Assembly (NCBI GenBank): GCA_041651255.1
Contig: JBAZJP010000005.1
Coordinates: 24,405 to 88,404 of the forward strand
Length of the DNA stretch: 64,000 nt
DNA from: Sulfuriferula sp.
GTDB lineage: Bacteria > Pseudomonadota > Gammaproteobacteria > Burkholderiales > Sulfuriferulaceae
Direction of reading: 5' to 3'
In this document: positions 19,816 through 30,197 of the stretch, piece after piece
Numbering within the stretch: position 1 is the stretch's first letter
How the letters are laid out: the number at the start of each line of letters is the position of its first letter
Notes under the pieces: generated by a model
The model's input: only the letters and a program-made list of their open reading frames with translations
The model's database searches: none
What the model was told of the DNA's origin: nothing
Made by a program: the position numbers and the translations under genes

Positions 19816-20852
19816 TAAAACGACAGTCCCGTTTCGTTACGACGTATGTCTGCTTCTACCATCATCTGACAAAGTTGTTCCAGCGTGGTTTTAGGCTCCC
19901 AGCCTAGTTCGAGCTTGGCTTTTTCTGGATTACCGATGAGTAACTCAACCTCAGCAGGGCGGTAAAATTTTGGATTGACGCGTACCAGTGTTTTGCCTGT
20001 ATTTCGGTCTATGCCAATTTCATTTTCAGCGGTGCCTTGCCATACTAAATCAAATCCAACTGCCTTACCTGCCATGGTCACAAAATCACGCACCGTTTCA
20101 GTACGATTGGTAGCTAATATATAAGTTTCAGGTTTCTCGACTTGCAGCATTAGCCACATGCCTTCCACGTATTCTTTCGCAAAGCCCCAGTCACGTTTAG
20201 CATCCATGTTGCCAAGCTCAAGTACATCCTGCTTGCCCATCTTGATTTTTGCCATACTGTCGGTGATTTTACGGGTCACAAATTCCAGTCCACGTAATGG
20301 TGATTCATGGTTAAACAGAATGCCGCTGGTTGCGAAAATATTGTAACTTTCGCGGTAATTGATCGTCATCCAGTGGGCGTAGAGCTTAGCTACACCATAA
20401 GGGCTGCGTGGATGGAAAGGGGTAGTTTCTATTTGGGGTATAGCCTGTACTTTGCCGAACATTTCTGACGTGCTTGCCTGGTAATAACGAATCGCAGGAT
20501 TCACAATCCGAATCGCTTCCAGTAAATTCAATGGACCCAAGCCCGTGATTTCAGCAGTAGTGCGAGGTTGGTCAAACGACACCGCGACAAAGCTTTGTGC
20601 CGCAAGGTTGTAGACTTCAGTTGCACCAGTGGTCTGTAATAAACGGATGCTGGAACCTAAATCAGTTAAGTCGTATTCCACTAAGTGCATGTTCGGGTGA
20701 TTATTAACGCCCAACTCTTCCATGCGCCAGAAATTAACCGAGCTGGTGCGACGATATGTGCCATAAACTGTGTAACCTTTTTCCAAAAGCAATTCGGCTA
20801 GATAAGCGCCATCTTGACCCGTGATACCAGTGATTACTGCTGTTTTAGTCAT
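19815..20852 (-). CDS. gmd: GDP-mannose 4,6-dehydratase
   Basis: [54 protein letters not shown]. Confidence 0.97.
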   Translation of the reverse strand: MTKTAVITGITGQDGAYLAELLLEKGYTVYGTYRRTSSVNFWRMEELGVNNHPNMHLVEYDLTDLGSSIRLLQTTGATEVYNLAAQSFVAVSFDQPRTTAEITGLGPLNLLEAIRIVNPAIRYYQASTSEMFGKVQAIPQIETTPFHPRSPYGVAKLYAHWMTINYRESYNIFATSGILFNHESPLRGLEFVTRKITDSMAKIKMGKQDVLELGNMDAKRDWGFAKEYVEGMWLMLQVEKPETYILATNRTETVRDFVTMAGKAVGFDLVWQGTAENEIGIDRNTGKTLVRVNPKFYRPAEVELLIGNPEKAKLELGWEPKTTLEQLCQMMVEADIRRNETGLSF

Positions 20853-20982
20853 GTTGTAAAATTCCTCGTGATTAATGGTGTAAAGCGTAAATATTTAAAA
20901 TTATAAATGTATTTTTAAAAATGCCAATTTTTGTTCTTGTAAATGGAGGTGTGGCGAGAATTTTAATCTAAAAATCATGTGG

Positions 20983-22431
20983 TTAATCTTTGATAAGACT
21001 CACTTCCTGAGCTATTCTTGCCAGTACCATTTGGGTCATGAGTTCTGCTGATTCGGGCGTCGCTGCTTCACAATAACAGCGTAACTCGGGCGCATTGCCT
21101 GATGGACGCAGGTGAATAATATCCTGACTGTCTAATGTCATACGTAAGCCATCGGTTAAATCCACTTGGCTAATTTTATATCCCTGGTTCATCATCTCAC
21201 AAAATAGCGCAGGCTGCGCTGCCCATGTATCCAGCAAATGCTTGCTGGTGCTAGTGGGAATATTCTGCAAACGGTCGCTTGCGGTATAACGGGCAGGTAA
21301 GGCCTTAACTAAAGTTGAAACGGCAATGCCAGCTTCGCGCGCTGCTGCCAGCACGGCTAGCGCAGGTAATATTGCATCCCGTGTGGGCAATGGAAGTAGT
21401 GCTTTGCCCTCATGCATAATGGGTGAGCCAAGCAAAAAGCCCCCATTAGCCTCAAAGCCTGCAATTGCAGAGCTATTGTCTTCAAAATTTTGCATGGCAG
21501 CAATCACGTAAGGCGAACCGATTCTAGTACGTATCACTGACTCAAAAAATCCGCATTGCTCAATCGCTGTATTGCAACTTACAGGTACGGCTAGATGTTT
21601 CACCTCAAGGTAACGCGCGCACAAAAGACCCACAATATCACCGCGTAACCAGTTGCCATGCTCATCACTCATCAATGGGCGATCGCCATCGCCGTCGGTG
21701 GAAATGAGGGCATCAAAGCCGTATTCAGCTGACCAGGCACGACCACGAGCGGCATCTTCAGCGGAAACTGCTTCAGTGTCGATCGGCACAAACACATCGG
21801 TACGCCCTAAACTTACCACCTCCGCACCGAGTTTTTCAAGTATCCGTCGCAGCGGGTCGCGTGCAACGCTGGAATGTTCATATACACCTAGTCGTAAGCC
21901 AGTCAGGATGCCAGCAGGGAAAAAATCAACATAGCGTTGTTCATAAGCAGTCATAGCCCGAGTGTCAATAGCGGGCAATGCATCTGGGGTAACCTGGCTA
22001 GCCAGTTGAACATCTGATGCTGCAATCGCTAATTCATCCGTCTTGCTGATTTCACCATCAGGGCGGTAAAACTTGATGCCATTGCGATCAAACGGAATAT
22101 GGCTACCGGTGACCATGACTGCAGGGATGCCCTGTTGCAAAGCATGTAAGGCTAAAGCCGGAGTAGGTAATGCGCCACAAAAGTCGACTTGCAACCCGGC
22201 GTCATGGATAGCTTGAGCACAAGCAGCGGCAATGGCCGGACTGCTTGGACGCAAGTCCATCCCCAGCGCTATCCGTTTGAACTGAAATGAACGTAACATG
22301 ACCGCCAGGAAAGCAGTCACATAAGCTGCGCATACATCATCCGTCATGTCTGCCACCAGGCCGCGTGTGCCGCTGGTACCAAAGGCAACGCCGCTTGTGT
22401 CCATAAGTTGCTGTATTTTGACTTTTTCCAT
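20983..22431 (-). CDS. manB: Phosphomannomutase
   Basis: FGTSGTRG, TGSHIP (phospho-Ser), DGDGDRP, GFEANGG, RPSGNAPELR. Confidence 0.92.
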   Translation of the reverse strand: MEKVKIQQLMDTSGVAFGTSGTRGLVADMTDDVCAAYVTAFLAVMLRSFQFKRIALGMDLRPSSPAIAAACAQAIHDAGLQVDFCGALPTPALALHALQQGIPAVMVTGSHIPFDRNGIKFYRPDGEISKTDELAIAASDVQLASQVTPDALPAIDTRAMTAYEQRYVDFFPAGILTGLRLGVYEHSSVARDPLRRILEKLGAEVVSLGRTDVFVPIDTEAVSAEDAARGRAWSAEYGFDALISTDGDGDRPLMSDEHGNWLRGDIVGLLCARYLEVKHLAVPVSCNTAIEQCGFFESVIRTRIGSPYVIAAMQNFEDNSSAIAGFEANGGFLLGSPIMHEGKALLPLPTRDAILPALAVLAAAREAGIAVSTLVKALPARYTASDRLQNIPTSTSKHLLDTWAAQPALFCEMMNQGYKISQVDLTDGLRMTLDSQDIIHLRPSGNAPELRCYCEAATPESAELMTQMVLARIAQEVSLIKD

Positions 22432-22690
22432 ATGTAAGCTTATCTTAATATCTTTGTGGGATTGATTGCGGTGTTCGTATTGCCAATTTTGATGTTGGCA
22501 AGTAAATTATATTATTCGACTAACTTAATCCCCTACAACTAACCTATAATTTGCTGGGTACTGTGAAGGTTAAATAAAAGATCAACTCGCGCCGTGATAC
22601 TTCGAATCATATTAAACAAAAAATTATCAGCATGTGTAAACTGGCACAACTCTAGCCTTCAATAACAAGTAAATATGTATTGGTCTTCAT

Positions 22691-23506
22691 TTAGTTCTTT
22701 CGTAACACAAGTCCAAAAGAGGTAATTGCATATTTCTCAATCATCAGCTTGAGATGAATTTCTTGTTTATATGGCGGTAGATCAATGTATTTATCTTCTG
22801 GCAGATCGCCACTGTAGAAATTCATTGGGAGGATCGAGCAGTCAAGATCAATGAGGCGATTCTGTAAATCTAATAAGTCCCGTCGCCGATAAAGAGATAG
22901 GCCTGGTGATTCAAGAGTTTCGTCATCACTAGACATATTTAATTCGGTGGTGTGAATGGCTATTCCCCCTGGTTTCAGACATTTTGTTGAATTTACTATG
23001 AAGTCCATCCCTGCTTTAAGTGATCCCAGGTGTTCAAGAGCGCAGCAAGACCAAACAAAATCATGTAAGTTTAAATCATTTGGGATTTCGTTCATATTCA
23101 CAGCGCGGAATGATACATGTTTCATGTATTGTTCTTCCGAACATATACCACCATAATAAAGGTCCATCGCGGCTCTACTCCCCCAATGGGAGTCTGAAGT
23201 GTCGAATGGTGGGATATCAGTAACTGTGACATTTAGTCCGAATTTTGCCATCACAACAGCTAATGGTTCCTTGCCACAACCGAACCCCAAACCCGTAATA
23301 TTTGGGTGCAGCAAATTGAATTGCTCAAGCGCACGCAGGATATAAATATATTCCCACTGCTTTCTATGAAACCGAGGTTTCTGTTGGATTAATTGAGCAA
23401 GACGGACATAATGATCTTCTTGGAACTGTGATGCTGTACATGTTTGTGATGAAATCTGGTCAAGAGTGGGGTGGCTTGCGAATAAAACTTGGCTTTTATT
23501 TAACAT
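22691..23506 (-). CDS. Class I SAM-dependent methyltransferase
   Basis: RKQWEY, GLGFGCGKEP SAM motif, DFVWSCCALEHLG, LKPGG-x3-HTTE. Confidence 0.8.
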   Translation of the reverse strand: MLNKSQVLFASHPTLDQISSQTCTASQFQEDHYVRLAQLIQQKPRFHRKQWEYIYILRALEQFNLLHPNITGLGFGCGKEPLAVVMAKFGLNVTVTDIPPFDTSDSHWGSRAAMDLYYGGICSEEQYMKHVSFRAVNMNEIPNDLNLHDFVWSCCALEHLGSLKAGMDFIVNSTKCLKPGGIAIHTTELNMSSDDETLESPGLSLYRRRDLLDLQNRLIDLDCSILPMNFYSGDLPEDKYIDLPPYKQEIHLKLMIEKYAITSFGLVLRKN

Positions 23507-26500
23507 TAAATGGCTCTCTAGATAATAAATGTTTATTGTTGTTTAGCAACTCAGAGTAAAGCTTGACAGCTCGTATTGCTGAATTTCGGGAGCTAAAGTA
23601 TTGGATTTGTGTTTTTGCTCCATCGGATAACTGCTTGCGAAGCTCTGGTTCCTCTAACAAACGCGTAACACAGTCTGCGAGCGATTTTGCATTTTCAGGT
23701 TCAAAGAGTAATCCACATTTTTCATCATAGACAACTTCGGGTATGGCGCCTGCACGTGATGCAATGACTGGGACGCCATGCACAAAAGCTTCCAGTGGAA
23801 CCAGGCCAAAAGATTCATATCGCGAAGGAAATACAACACAATAGGCAATATTAAATAACTTATCGCGTGTAGCATCATCTACTTCACCAAGAAAATGCAC
23901 GCGGTTTGCTAGTTCAGTTGAGATAATAGTTTTCGCTTTTGATATCCAATCTTCAATATCACGTCCAGCAAGTAATAAATGCGCTCGTGAATCACTCTTA
24001 AGAAACTCATTCGCTGCAGCTATAAGTATGTCTACACCCTTACGACTTTCGAGTCGCCCTACAAAAAGAATGAGTTTCGCATTGTTTGGGAAAGTAAGGG
24101 GCTTCCCGTTAATCTCCCCCAAATCTGCATATCCAAGACGGAAGTCAAAAAATGGCCAGTATGCGATACCGCAGAAGGATTTTGACCATCTAGCATCGCG
24201 ACAGATGCCATATTCGACTTCTAGTGTGTTTGCTATTGATTCACTGATTGGTACTACAGCATTTGCATTCGCAATTAGCGTTTGTTCAGAAGTTTTGAAC
24301 AGTTCACCTTCATAATCGGGAACAGACCAACCATTAAGACGGGCTGCTACTGGAAATGGTGTTACGAGTCGGACTACCAGTGGTGGTCGATCATTGGTGG
24401 GTATTAACGATAGCGCGAGTGCCTCACTGTCCCAAAGAGCTGATTCAACTATGTCTATCGGATGATTGGTGTGAATAGTTGCGATTGCTTGGAACGCGCT
24501 AATTGACCAGTTTATGTTGTTAATAAAGCCAGGCGTGTTCATGGTGTCTGAGCAGACCATTTTGAGCTTGGTATATTTGATGGCAAACCGCCCACGTCGA
24601 TGAATCGGTTCAAGATCACCTGGCGCGACAACCGTGACGAAGTGTCCCATCAATAGTAACTCACTCGCCAAGTGATAGTAGAGAGTGCCGATGCCGCCAC
24701 TTGGCACAAATGGGGGGAACTCCTTGGTAATAATACAGATGTGTAACCGTTTGATATCACGCTCAACAAGTGGATAGGGGGCTGCTGTTGTGAATACTTG
24801 AAATGTATTTGGAGATGGATTTAATCTGCGTGTTCGGGGGAATGCAGATGAATCAATCAGCCCCTGTTTCGTCCCTGAATGTATGGCATTAACATACGAT
24901 TTGTATTCTGCCTTGGAAATCTCGCTTGCGTTAAGTCCAGCTTTTAATGGTCGGATTCGTTCGTCATACATCCGCTGTTCAATGTAATTGGAAAGCTCTT
25001 CACCTTTTAAGCCTGAGTATGCCGCTATATAATAAGCCGTGTTTTTACAGATCGTAAACCAATTAAATTTGTATTTCCCTGTGCGATTATGACTTTGTGC
25101 GAATTCATGTCGTAAAAAAAGGTCAGGACAGTATCCGACAAGGTGTTTTTTAGACTGCAATCTGAAACATAGTTCAGATTCGTCTAAAAAATAGTCGAAT
25201 TGCTCGTCAAATCCACAAACTTTTCGAATAATGTCGGCACGGAAGCAAGTATTTGTACCTATCAACGAACGTTCCCAGCCGTTTGTTCCAATCTCTGAAG
25301 AGTCGATATTTACTTTTGCTTCAGCGAATTTGTTGATGCCGATATCCTGACATTGAAATTCTAATGATCCGGCAAGGTATGCTGGCCCCCCAAGCGCTGC
25401 TAAGGTTAATGGTCTACGGCTAAACTCTCGAATGAGCGTGTCAACCCAGTCGTCGAAAGGTAAAGCATCATCATCAATGAAAGCAATAATGTCACCATCA
25501 GATAACTCAATTCCCATATTCCGTGAGATTGACAAATTACGTTCTTGATTGTCAGCAGTTTTTATTCTGTGCTTATATTTTTTCAGGACTTCATCAGTGT
25601 TGTCCGTTGAAGGGCCATTAATAACAACTATTTCGAAGTTTTGATTAGTTTGATACTGCAAATAGTCTAAGCAACGTTCAAGTAAATCGCTTCTGTTATA
25701 TGTGCAAATTACAATTGAAACTGTTGTGAAGTGATAAGGATTTGGTAGGATTTTTTGCAGTGCGTCGATAAGGAGTTTATTTACCGACTCACGAGAAAAA
25801 CGCATTGCATTACGTTTTTGTGCTTGAATTGTTTGTTTATAACGTATTGGATTTGTCAACAACTCTCTGATGAGGGGTGGCATCTCATCTATGAAGTGGG
25901 CAAGGAAATTTCCCTCACCCATAGTTTCCCCAATTGCACTATTACGCAATGCTACTACTGGAAGAGAATGATGCGCAGCTTCTATTAGTGGCACCCCGAA
26001 TCCTTCATGTTCACTCAAGGATATGTATACAGAAGCACGCGCCAAGTAGCGCTCCACTTCAGCGTCTGAAACTTTGCCCGTTAGAATGATATGCTCAGCG
26101 AGACCAGACTTTTCAATCTGCTGACATACCTCTTGATAATAGGGATCAGCTTGGTTGTGGTTTCCAACGATGTACAGTTTGCTCGCGCAACTGGGTGCAT
26201 CAGCATGTACTTTGATGAATAGTTTTATAAGATTGACCTGTCCCTTATTCGGGGCGACCCGCCCTAAAAATAACCATGATCCTAATTCCCGAGGTATTTC
26301 ATTTTCAGTCGTGGTATTCGTTGTTTGCTTGCCAACGATGATAGGTACAAGAGAGCAGTTCTGTGGATCTGCACCAAGCTCAACGAGTTCTTGTAGGTTG
26401 TAATTGCTATCACCCCAAAAATAATGAAAATCTCGGATGATTTCGGCCAGTTGCTGCCGCCCTTTTAGACAAAAACTATAGAGATCAGTATCCGACCGAA

Positions 26501-26816
26501 AGAAAGTATGTGGCGTGATATTGTGATAAATGCATACTTTAGTACAACGTAATTTCTGTATTAAAGGAAGTGCGTATTCTGAGTAACCTGCATAGTGCAA
26601 TATAACTATGTCTTCATCAGTCGGTTTGAGCTCAGTCAGGTCCAATCGCAGGTTTGCTACATCGTCATGACGCCACTGAGAATGTATAGAGGTTGTAAAT
26701 CCCATATCTTTCAGCAAAGTATCCAGAGAGACGACCTGATTTGACACTGCGTCACCATAATCTAGCGCTTCTATGACTTGGAAGATACGTCCCGTAAAAT
26801 TAGTATTGAGTAACAT
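23496..26816 (-). CDS. Three-domain glycosyltransferase GT4-GT2-GT4
   Basis: GT4 (YHNITP, GRVAPNK, HEGFGVPLIEA); GT2 (SIVICTYNR, FIDDDA, FDYFLDESE); GT4 (GGIGT, GRLESRKG, YESFGLVPLEA). Confidence 0.9.
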   Translation of the reverse strand: MLLNTNFTGRIFQVIEALDYGDAVSNQVVSLDTLLKDMGFTTSIHSQWRHDDVANLRLDLTELKPTDEDIVILHYAGYSEYALPLIQKLRCTKVCIYHNITPHTFFRSDTDLYSFCLKGRQQLAEIIRDFHYFWGDSNYNLQELVELGADPQNCSLVPIIVGKQTTNTTTENEIPRELGSWLFLGRVAPNKGQVNLIKLFIKVHADAPSCASKLYIVGNHNQADPYYQEVCQQIEKSGLAEHIILTGKVSDAEVERYLARASVYISLSEHEGFGVPLIEAAHHSLPVVALRNSAIGETMGEGNFLAHFIDEMPPLIRELLTNPIRYKQTIQAQKRNAMRFSRESVNKLLIDALQKILPNPYHFTTVSIVICTYNRSDLLERCLDYLQYQTNQNFEIVVINGPSTDNTDEVLKKYKHRIKTADNQERNLSISRNMGIELSDGDIIAFIDDDALPFDDWVDTLIREFSRRPLTLAALGGPAYLAGSLEFQCQDIGINKFAEAKVNIDSSEIGTNGWERSLIGTNTCFRADIIRKVCGFDEQFDYFLDESELCFRLQSKKHLVGYCPDLFLRHEFAQSHNRTGKYKFNWFTICKNTAYYIAAYSGLKGEELSNYIEQRMYDERIRPLKAGLNASEISKAEYKSYVNAIHSGTKQGLIDSSAFPRTRRLNPSPNTFQVFTTAAPYPLVERDIKRLHICIITKEFPPFVPSGGIGTLYYHLASELLLMGHFVTVVAPGDLEPIHRRGRFAIKYTKLKMVCSDTMNTPGFINNINWSISAFQAIATIHTNHPIDIVESALWDSEALALSLIPTNDRPPLVVRLVTPFPVAARLNGWSVPDYEGELFKTSEQTLIANANAVVPISESIANTLEVEYGICRDARWSKSFCGIAYWPFFDFRLGYADLGEINGKPLTFPNNAKLILFVGRLESRKGVDILIAAANEFLKSDSRAHLLLAGRDIEDWISKAKTIISTELANRVHFLGEVDDATRDKLFNIAYCVVFPSRYESFGLVPLEAFVHGVPVIASRAGAIPEVVYDEKCGLLFEPENAKSLADCVTRLLEEPELRKQLSDGAKTQIQYFSSRNSAIRAVKLYSELLNNNKHLLSREPFNVK

Positions 26817-27476
26817 TTAGGCATGCTCTTTATGTTTAAGGTGGAGTAGCAGTTGTTGAGCCTCTTGAGACTTAGTAAGCAGCTCAGCAAGTTGATCAAT
26901 CACTTCATTTGCAGCCCCTTCTTTGAGGTCGATAGTTTGCGACAAAATTGATTGTGATTTTGTAATTACATGGGGTGCAATGAGTTCTTCAGATGCGGCA
27001 TGTCTTGGGCTAAACGCTGTCGTGGTTCTGTCATGTCGCATAAATTGTAGCAAACTGGCATGTATATGTTGAGCATGTGTATCAATCGCAGTTGGCAGTG
27101 CTTGTATGGCTGTTTTCAGTTCTATTGTGCCGTCTATAACGCGACTGAGTTCCGCAGTATGTTTATGTATCAGCCGTTCACTACGCTGTTGGCGTGTAAA
27201 AATTCCCCAAAACCAATGGTTGGCTCGCTTTTCATCCTTGATTAAATTGGATAGACCATTGATTTTTTTTCGTGGGTTGGCTTCGGCTGAGGTCGCTAGT
27301 TGCACGATGATTGCGGCCTTGCCATGACCCATGTGGAGTCTCCCCAAATAATAGTTCATACCAGCTGGGTCGGGATCCCGTTCCAGTAGCAGGCGGTATG
27401 CGGCGGTGATGAATTCCCGTTCGTCGTATATGAAAAGTTCTGCGATATGTTGTATGTAAGGCATGGTGATTATCAC
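26817..27476 (-). CDS. DUF4214-like module plus helical tail, no catalytic domain
   Basis: FITAAYRLLLERDPDPAGMNYYLGRL...IIVQLATSAE matches the module in 38236..41103 and 48192..51155. Confidence 0.7.
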   Translation of the reverse strand: MIITMPYIQHIAELFIYDEREFITAAYRLLLERDPDPAGMNYYLGRLHMGHGKAAIIVQLATSAEANPRKKINGLSNLIKDEKRANHWFWGIFTRQQRSERLIHKHTAELSRVIDGTIELKTAIQALPTAIDTHAQHIHASLLQFMRHDRTTTAFSPRHAASEELIAPHVITKSQSILSQTIDLKEGAANEVIDQLAELLTKSQEAQQLLLHLKHKEHA

Positions 27477-28735
27477 TATAAATTAGGAATTTTTTGGGGG
27501 GCTACACCCACTGATGGGGATGGATAACATAATGCTTGTGTTAATGCCAAGCAAGATACTTGCCATGTGAGCTCGGTTGGTTGTTGTATGTATTTATTTT
27601 CGCTTTTGAATCGCTTTAGCCATTGAGGGAGGAGAGTGGTTAGGTCATGATCGGATGCCGAGTGGAAAAAACTAACGTTTTTACTGGCAATTTCACGGAA
27701 CACAGATAGGTCACGAGCCAGGACAGGCTTGCGGAAATAAGCGGCTTCTATCAATGGTAAGCCGTAACCTTCGCCTTTGGAGGTGATGAGCACGCCCAGG
27801 CATTGCCGGTAGAGGGCGCTCAGCAGATTATCCTCCACATCATTTAACCAAATCAACCGTTTGCCTGTTTCTGCATGGGTTCGCAGGCGGTGGCTGAGTT
27901 CTTCTATGTCCCATCCTTGCTTGCCAACGATGATTAGGCGGGTTGAATCGCCTGTTGCCCAGAGTGATTCGAACGCATCAAGTGCATCATCATAGCCTTT
28001 GCGTGGCTCGATGGTGCCGACCATAAGAATAAAGTCGTGCTCTGCTAAGTGTCGCGGTAATGGTGTAATGGACGCGTTGTTATCCAGCTCTGCACCTAAA
28101 GGAATTGTGGCGCAGGGTATTTCAGTTGTGGATAGCTGATAGTGCTTTTGCATCCAGTCGTGAAAATCGGCCTGTACAGTGCGTGAGATCGCAATGGTGT
28201 TATCGGCGAGTAGGGCAATGGCACGCAACCAGCGATGGAAATTCCGGCTGGCTCTGGGGGTGAACCATTCCGGATGCAATACGGGCAAAAGGTCATAGAT
28301 CACAATGCTGATACGTGTACCTTGCAGCTTCCAGTTCCATAGCTGTTCAAGGTGATGTGGAATCAGGTGCGCAGAAAGATCCAGCCCTAAAAAAATATCA
28401 CCTGCATTAACCTGAATCGGTAAGGTCGGGGCTGTCGCTGGTTGTTGTAAAAAATCAGTGGGCAGATAGCGGTAAGGCTGGGTACGCGAGGCCGCAACAG
28501 GACAGATGCGGTAACCCGCTGGCGGAGCTGCGAGTAATGCCTTGTACAGGTTGCGTACTACACGTTGGATACCGGTTTTTGCGTCGATTTTTGCAATGGC
28601 AGAAACGTCGATTAATAATTGTTTTTCTGCAGTGTCATGCGAGGTGTCGTGGGTTACGTGTGTTAGTCTTTTGCGCCAGAATGACACTGGTAAATACGTG
28701 AGTGCAATATGGTGGAGTAATCGTAGTGCGCGCAT
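27476..28735 (-). CDS. GT4 glycosyltransferase (WbpX/WbdA C-domain-like)
   Basis: LLIDVS..DAKTGIQRVV, YDLLP, VGTIEPRKG, EGYGLPLIEA. Confidence 0.88.
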   Translation of the reverse strand: MRALRLLHHIALTYLPVSFWRKRLTHVTHDTSHDTAEKQLLIDVSAIAKIDAKTGIQRVVRNLYKALLAAPPAGYRICPVAASRTQPYRYLPTDFLQQPATAPTLPIQVNAGDIFLGLDLSAHLIPHHLEQLWNWKLQGTRISIVIYDLLPVLHPEWFTPRASRNFHRWLRAIALLADNTIAISRTVQADFHDWMQKHYQLSTTEIPCATIPLGAELDNNASITPLPRHLAEHDFILMVGTIEPRKGYDDALDAFESLWATGDSTRLIIVGKQGWDIEELSHRLRTHAETGKRLIWLNDVEDNLLSALYRQCLGVLITSKGEGYGLPLIEAAYFRKPVLARDLSVFREIASKNVSFFHSASDHDLTTLLPQWLKRFKSENKYIQQPTELTWQVSCLALTQALCYPSPSVGVAPQKIPNL

Positions 28736-29397
28736 TATCCAATCTCAGCGGCGTGCTCGTTGTAATACACGAATGCTTCATCAAGATCATCAAACGCAGT
28801 CATTTTTCCTTTAACTAAGACTGCTGCGCGCTGGCAGTGTTGGCGGATGTAGTTTGGGTCGTGGGATACGATGATCATGGCACGATCGTTGCGTTTTTCG
28901 AATAGCTCAACACGGCATTTTTCGTGGAAACGATGATCGCCCACGGCAATGATTTCATCGATTAAAAAGCAATCAAATTCCACCACCATGGAGATAGCGA
29001 ACGCCAGTCGTGCTCGCATCCCTGATGAGTACGTTTTAACGGGTTCTCTAAGATATTTTCCTAGTTCAGAGAACTCTTGTACGAAAGGGATCTTGTCTTC
29101 GGTCGAGGTGTCGTAAATGCGGCAAATGAAGCGTAAATTATCCAGACCAGTCAGGCTGCCTTGAAATGCACCACCAAACGCCAACGGCCAGGATACACTC
29201 ATTCCTCGGGTGATACTGCCGCTAGTTGGGCGCTCAGCCCCGCTGATGAGGCGGATGAGCGTGGATTTGCCCGAGCCATTGCGCCCGAGTATACCAACTT
29301 TCTCACCTGGGGCTATTTGCAGGTTGATATTATCCAGTACAGTGCTGACACCGCTGCGAGTATGGTAGCGTTTGACGAGGTTGCTAATTTGTATCAT
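28735..29397 (-). CDS. wzt: Capsule ABC transporter ATPase KpsT/Wzt, short form without C-terminal carbohydrate-binding domain
   Basis: GRNGSGKST Walker A, YSSGM signature, FLIDE Walker B, VSH. Preferred start ATG 29397 (MIQISNLV), in ATGA overlap with the wzm stop; the ORF track starts at 29457. Confidence 0.93.
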   Translation of the reverse strand: MIQISNLVKRYHTRSGVSTVLDNINLQIAPGEKVGILGRNGSGKSTLIRLISGAERPTSGSITRGMSVSWPLAFGGAFQGSLTGLDNLRFICRIYDTSTEDKIPFVQEFSELGKYLREPVKTYSSGMRARLAFAISMVVEFDCFLIDEIIAVGDHRFHEKCRVELFEKRNDRAMIIVSHDPNYIRQHCQRAAVLVKGKMTAFDDLDEAFVYYNEHAAEIG

Positions 29398-30185
29398 TCG
29401 GGTATGACCGTTCTGGATATGATACGAACTTGCGAAAGCCCCAGCAAGGTAAGGCATAAATTGATAATCGCCATGTAACTCATGTCGTAATGCGCGTGGA
29501 CCATAGACCCGAAATAGCCTTCGCGCAGTATCTCGACACCATGCACCATAGGCAACAATAGGACGAATTTTTGCCCTGTGGTGGGTAGCCAGTCAACCAT
29601 GAATGCGGCACCAGATAGTGGAAATAAGAGATATGAGGCAGGGTGCCAGAGTTTCTCAATAATTTCGCTGCGCTCACTTAAAGCGCCTATCCACAATGCA
29701 AGTGCCGAGCCAAACCAGGCTAGCATGAACCAGCCAAACATGATTTTGAGTATATCTTCGGGTGGTTTAATCCAGCCTATCGAGGTGAAGACTATCCCTA
29801 ACATAATAAATGAAGCGGTAGTGCCAGCAATTTCAAGGATTAGTCGAGAAGCAAAAATGTCGATCACTTTGACATGACGGTGATACATCAAGGCCAGGTT
29901 AGGTTCAATGGCCTTGCTGCAGCGGTTAGGCATGTTGCGCCATAGTAAAACAGATGAGTAACCGGTGAGCGCAAATGCGGCAATAGGGATGTTGGTAAAG
30001 TGATGTCCGCCAGCCATAGTCCACAGCACGGTGACACCCAAGGTAAAGAGCATGGGTTCAACGAATAGCCATAAAAAACCAATATTATGACGACCATAGC
30101 GGGTGATGACTTCGCGCATCAATAGCGCGCCAATGACGCGGAATTGTATTTGTAAGGATCGGCGCAAGCTGGGTGTTGTATTCAT
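29394..30185 (-). CDS. wzm: Capsule ABC transporter permease KpsM/Wzm
   Basis: [26 protein letters not shown], multiple TM segments, P-x-VHG-x-E-x2-R. Confidence 0.93.
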   Translation of the reverse strand: MNTTPSLRRSLQIQFRVIGALLMREVITRYGRHNIGFLWLFVEPMLFTLGVTVLWTMAGGHHFTNIPIAAFALTGYSSVLLWRNMPNRCSKAIEPNLALMYHRHVKVIDIFASRLILEIAGTTASFIMLGIVFTSIGWIKPPEDILKIMFGWFMLAWFGSALALWIGALSERSEIIEKLWHPASYLLFPLSGAAFMVDWLPTTGQKFVLLLPMVHGVEILREGYFGSMVHAHYDMSYMAIINLCLTLLGLSQVRIISRTVIPE

Positions 30186-30197
30186 CGATGGATCTCT

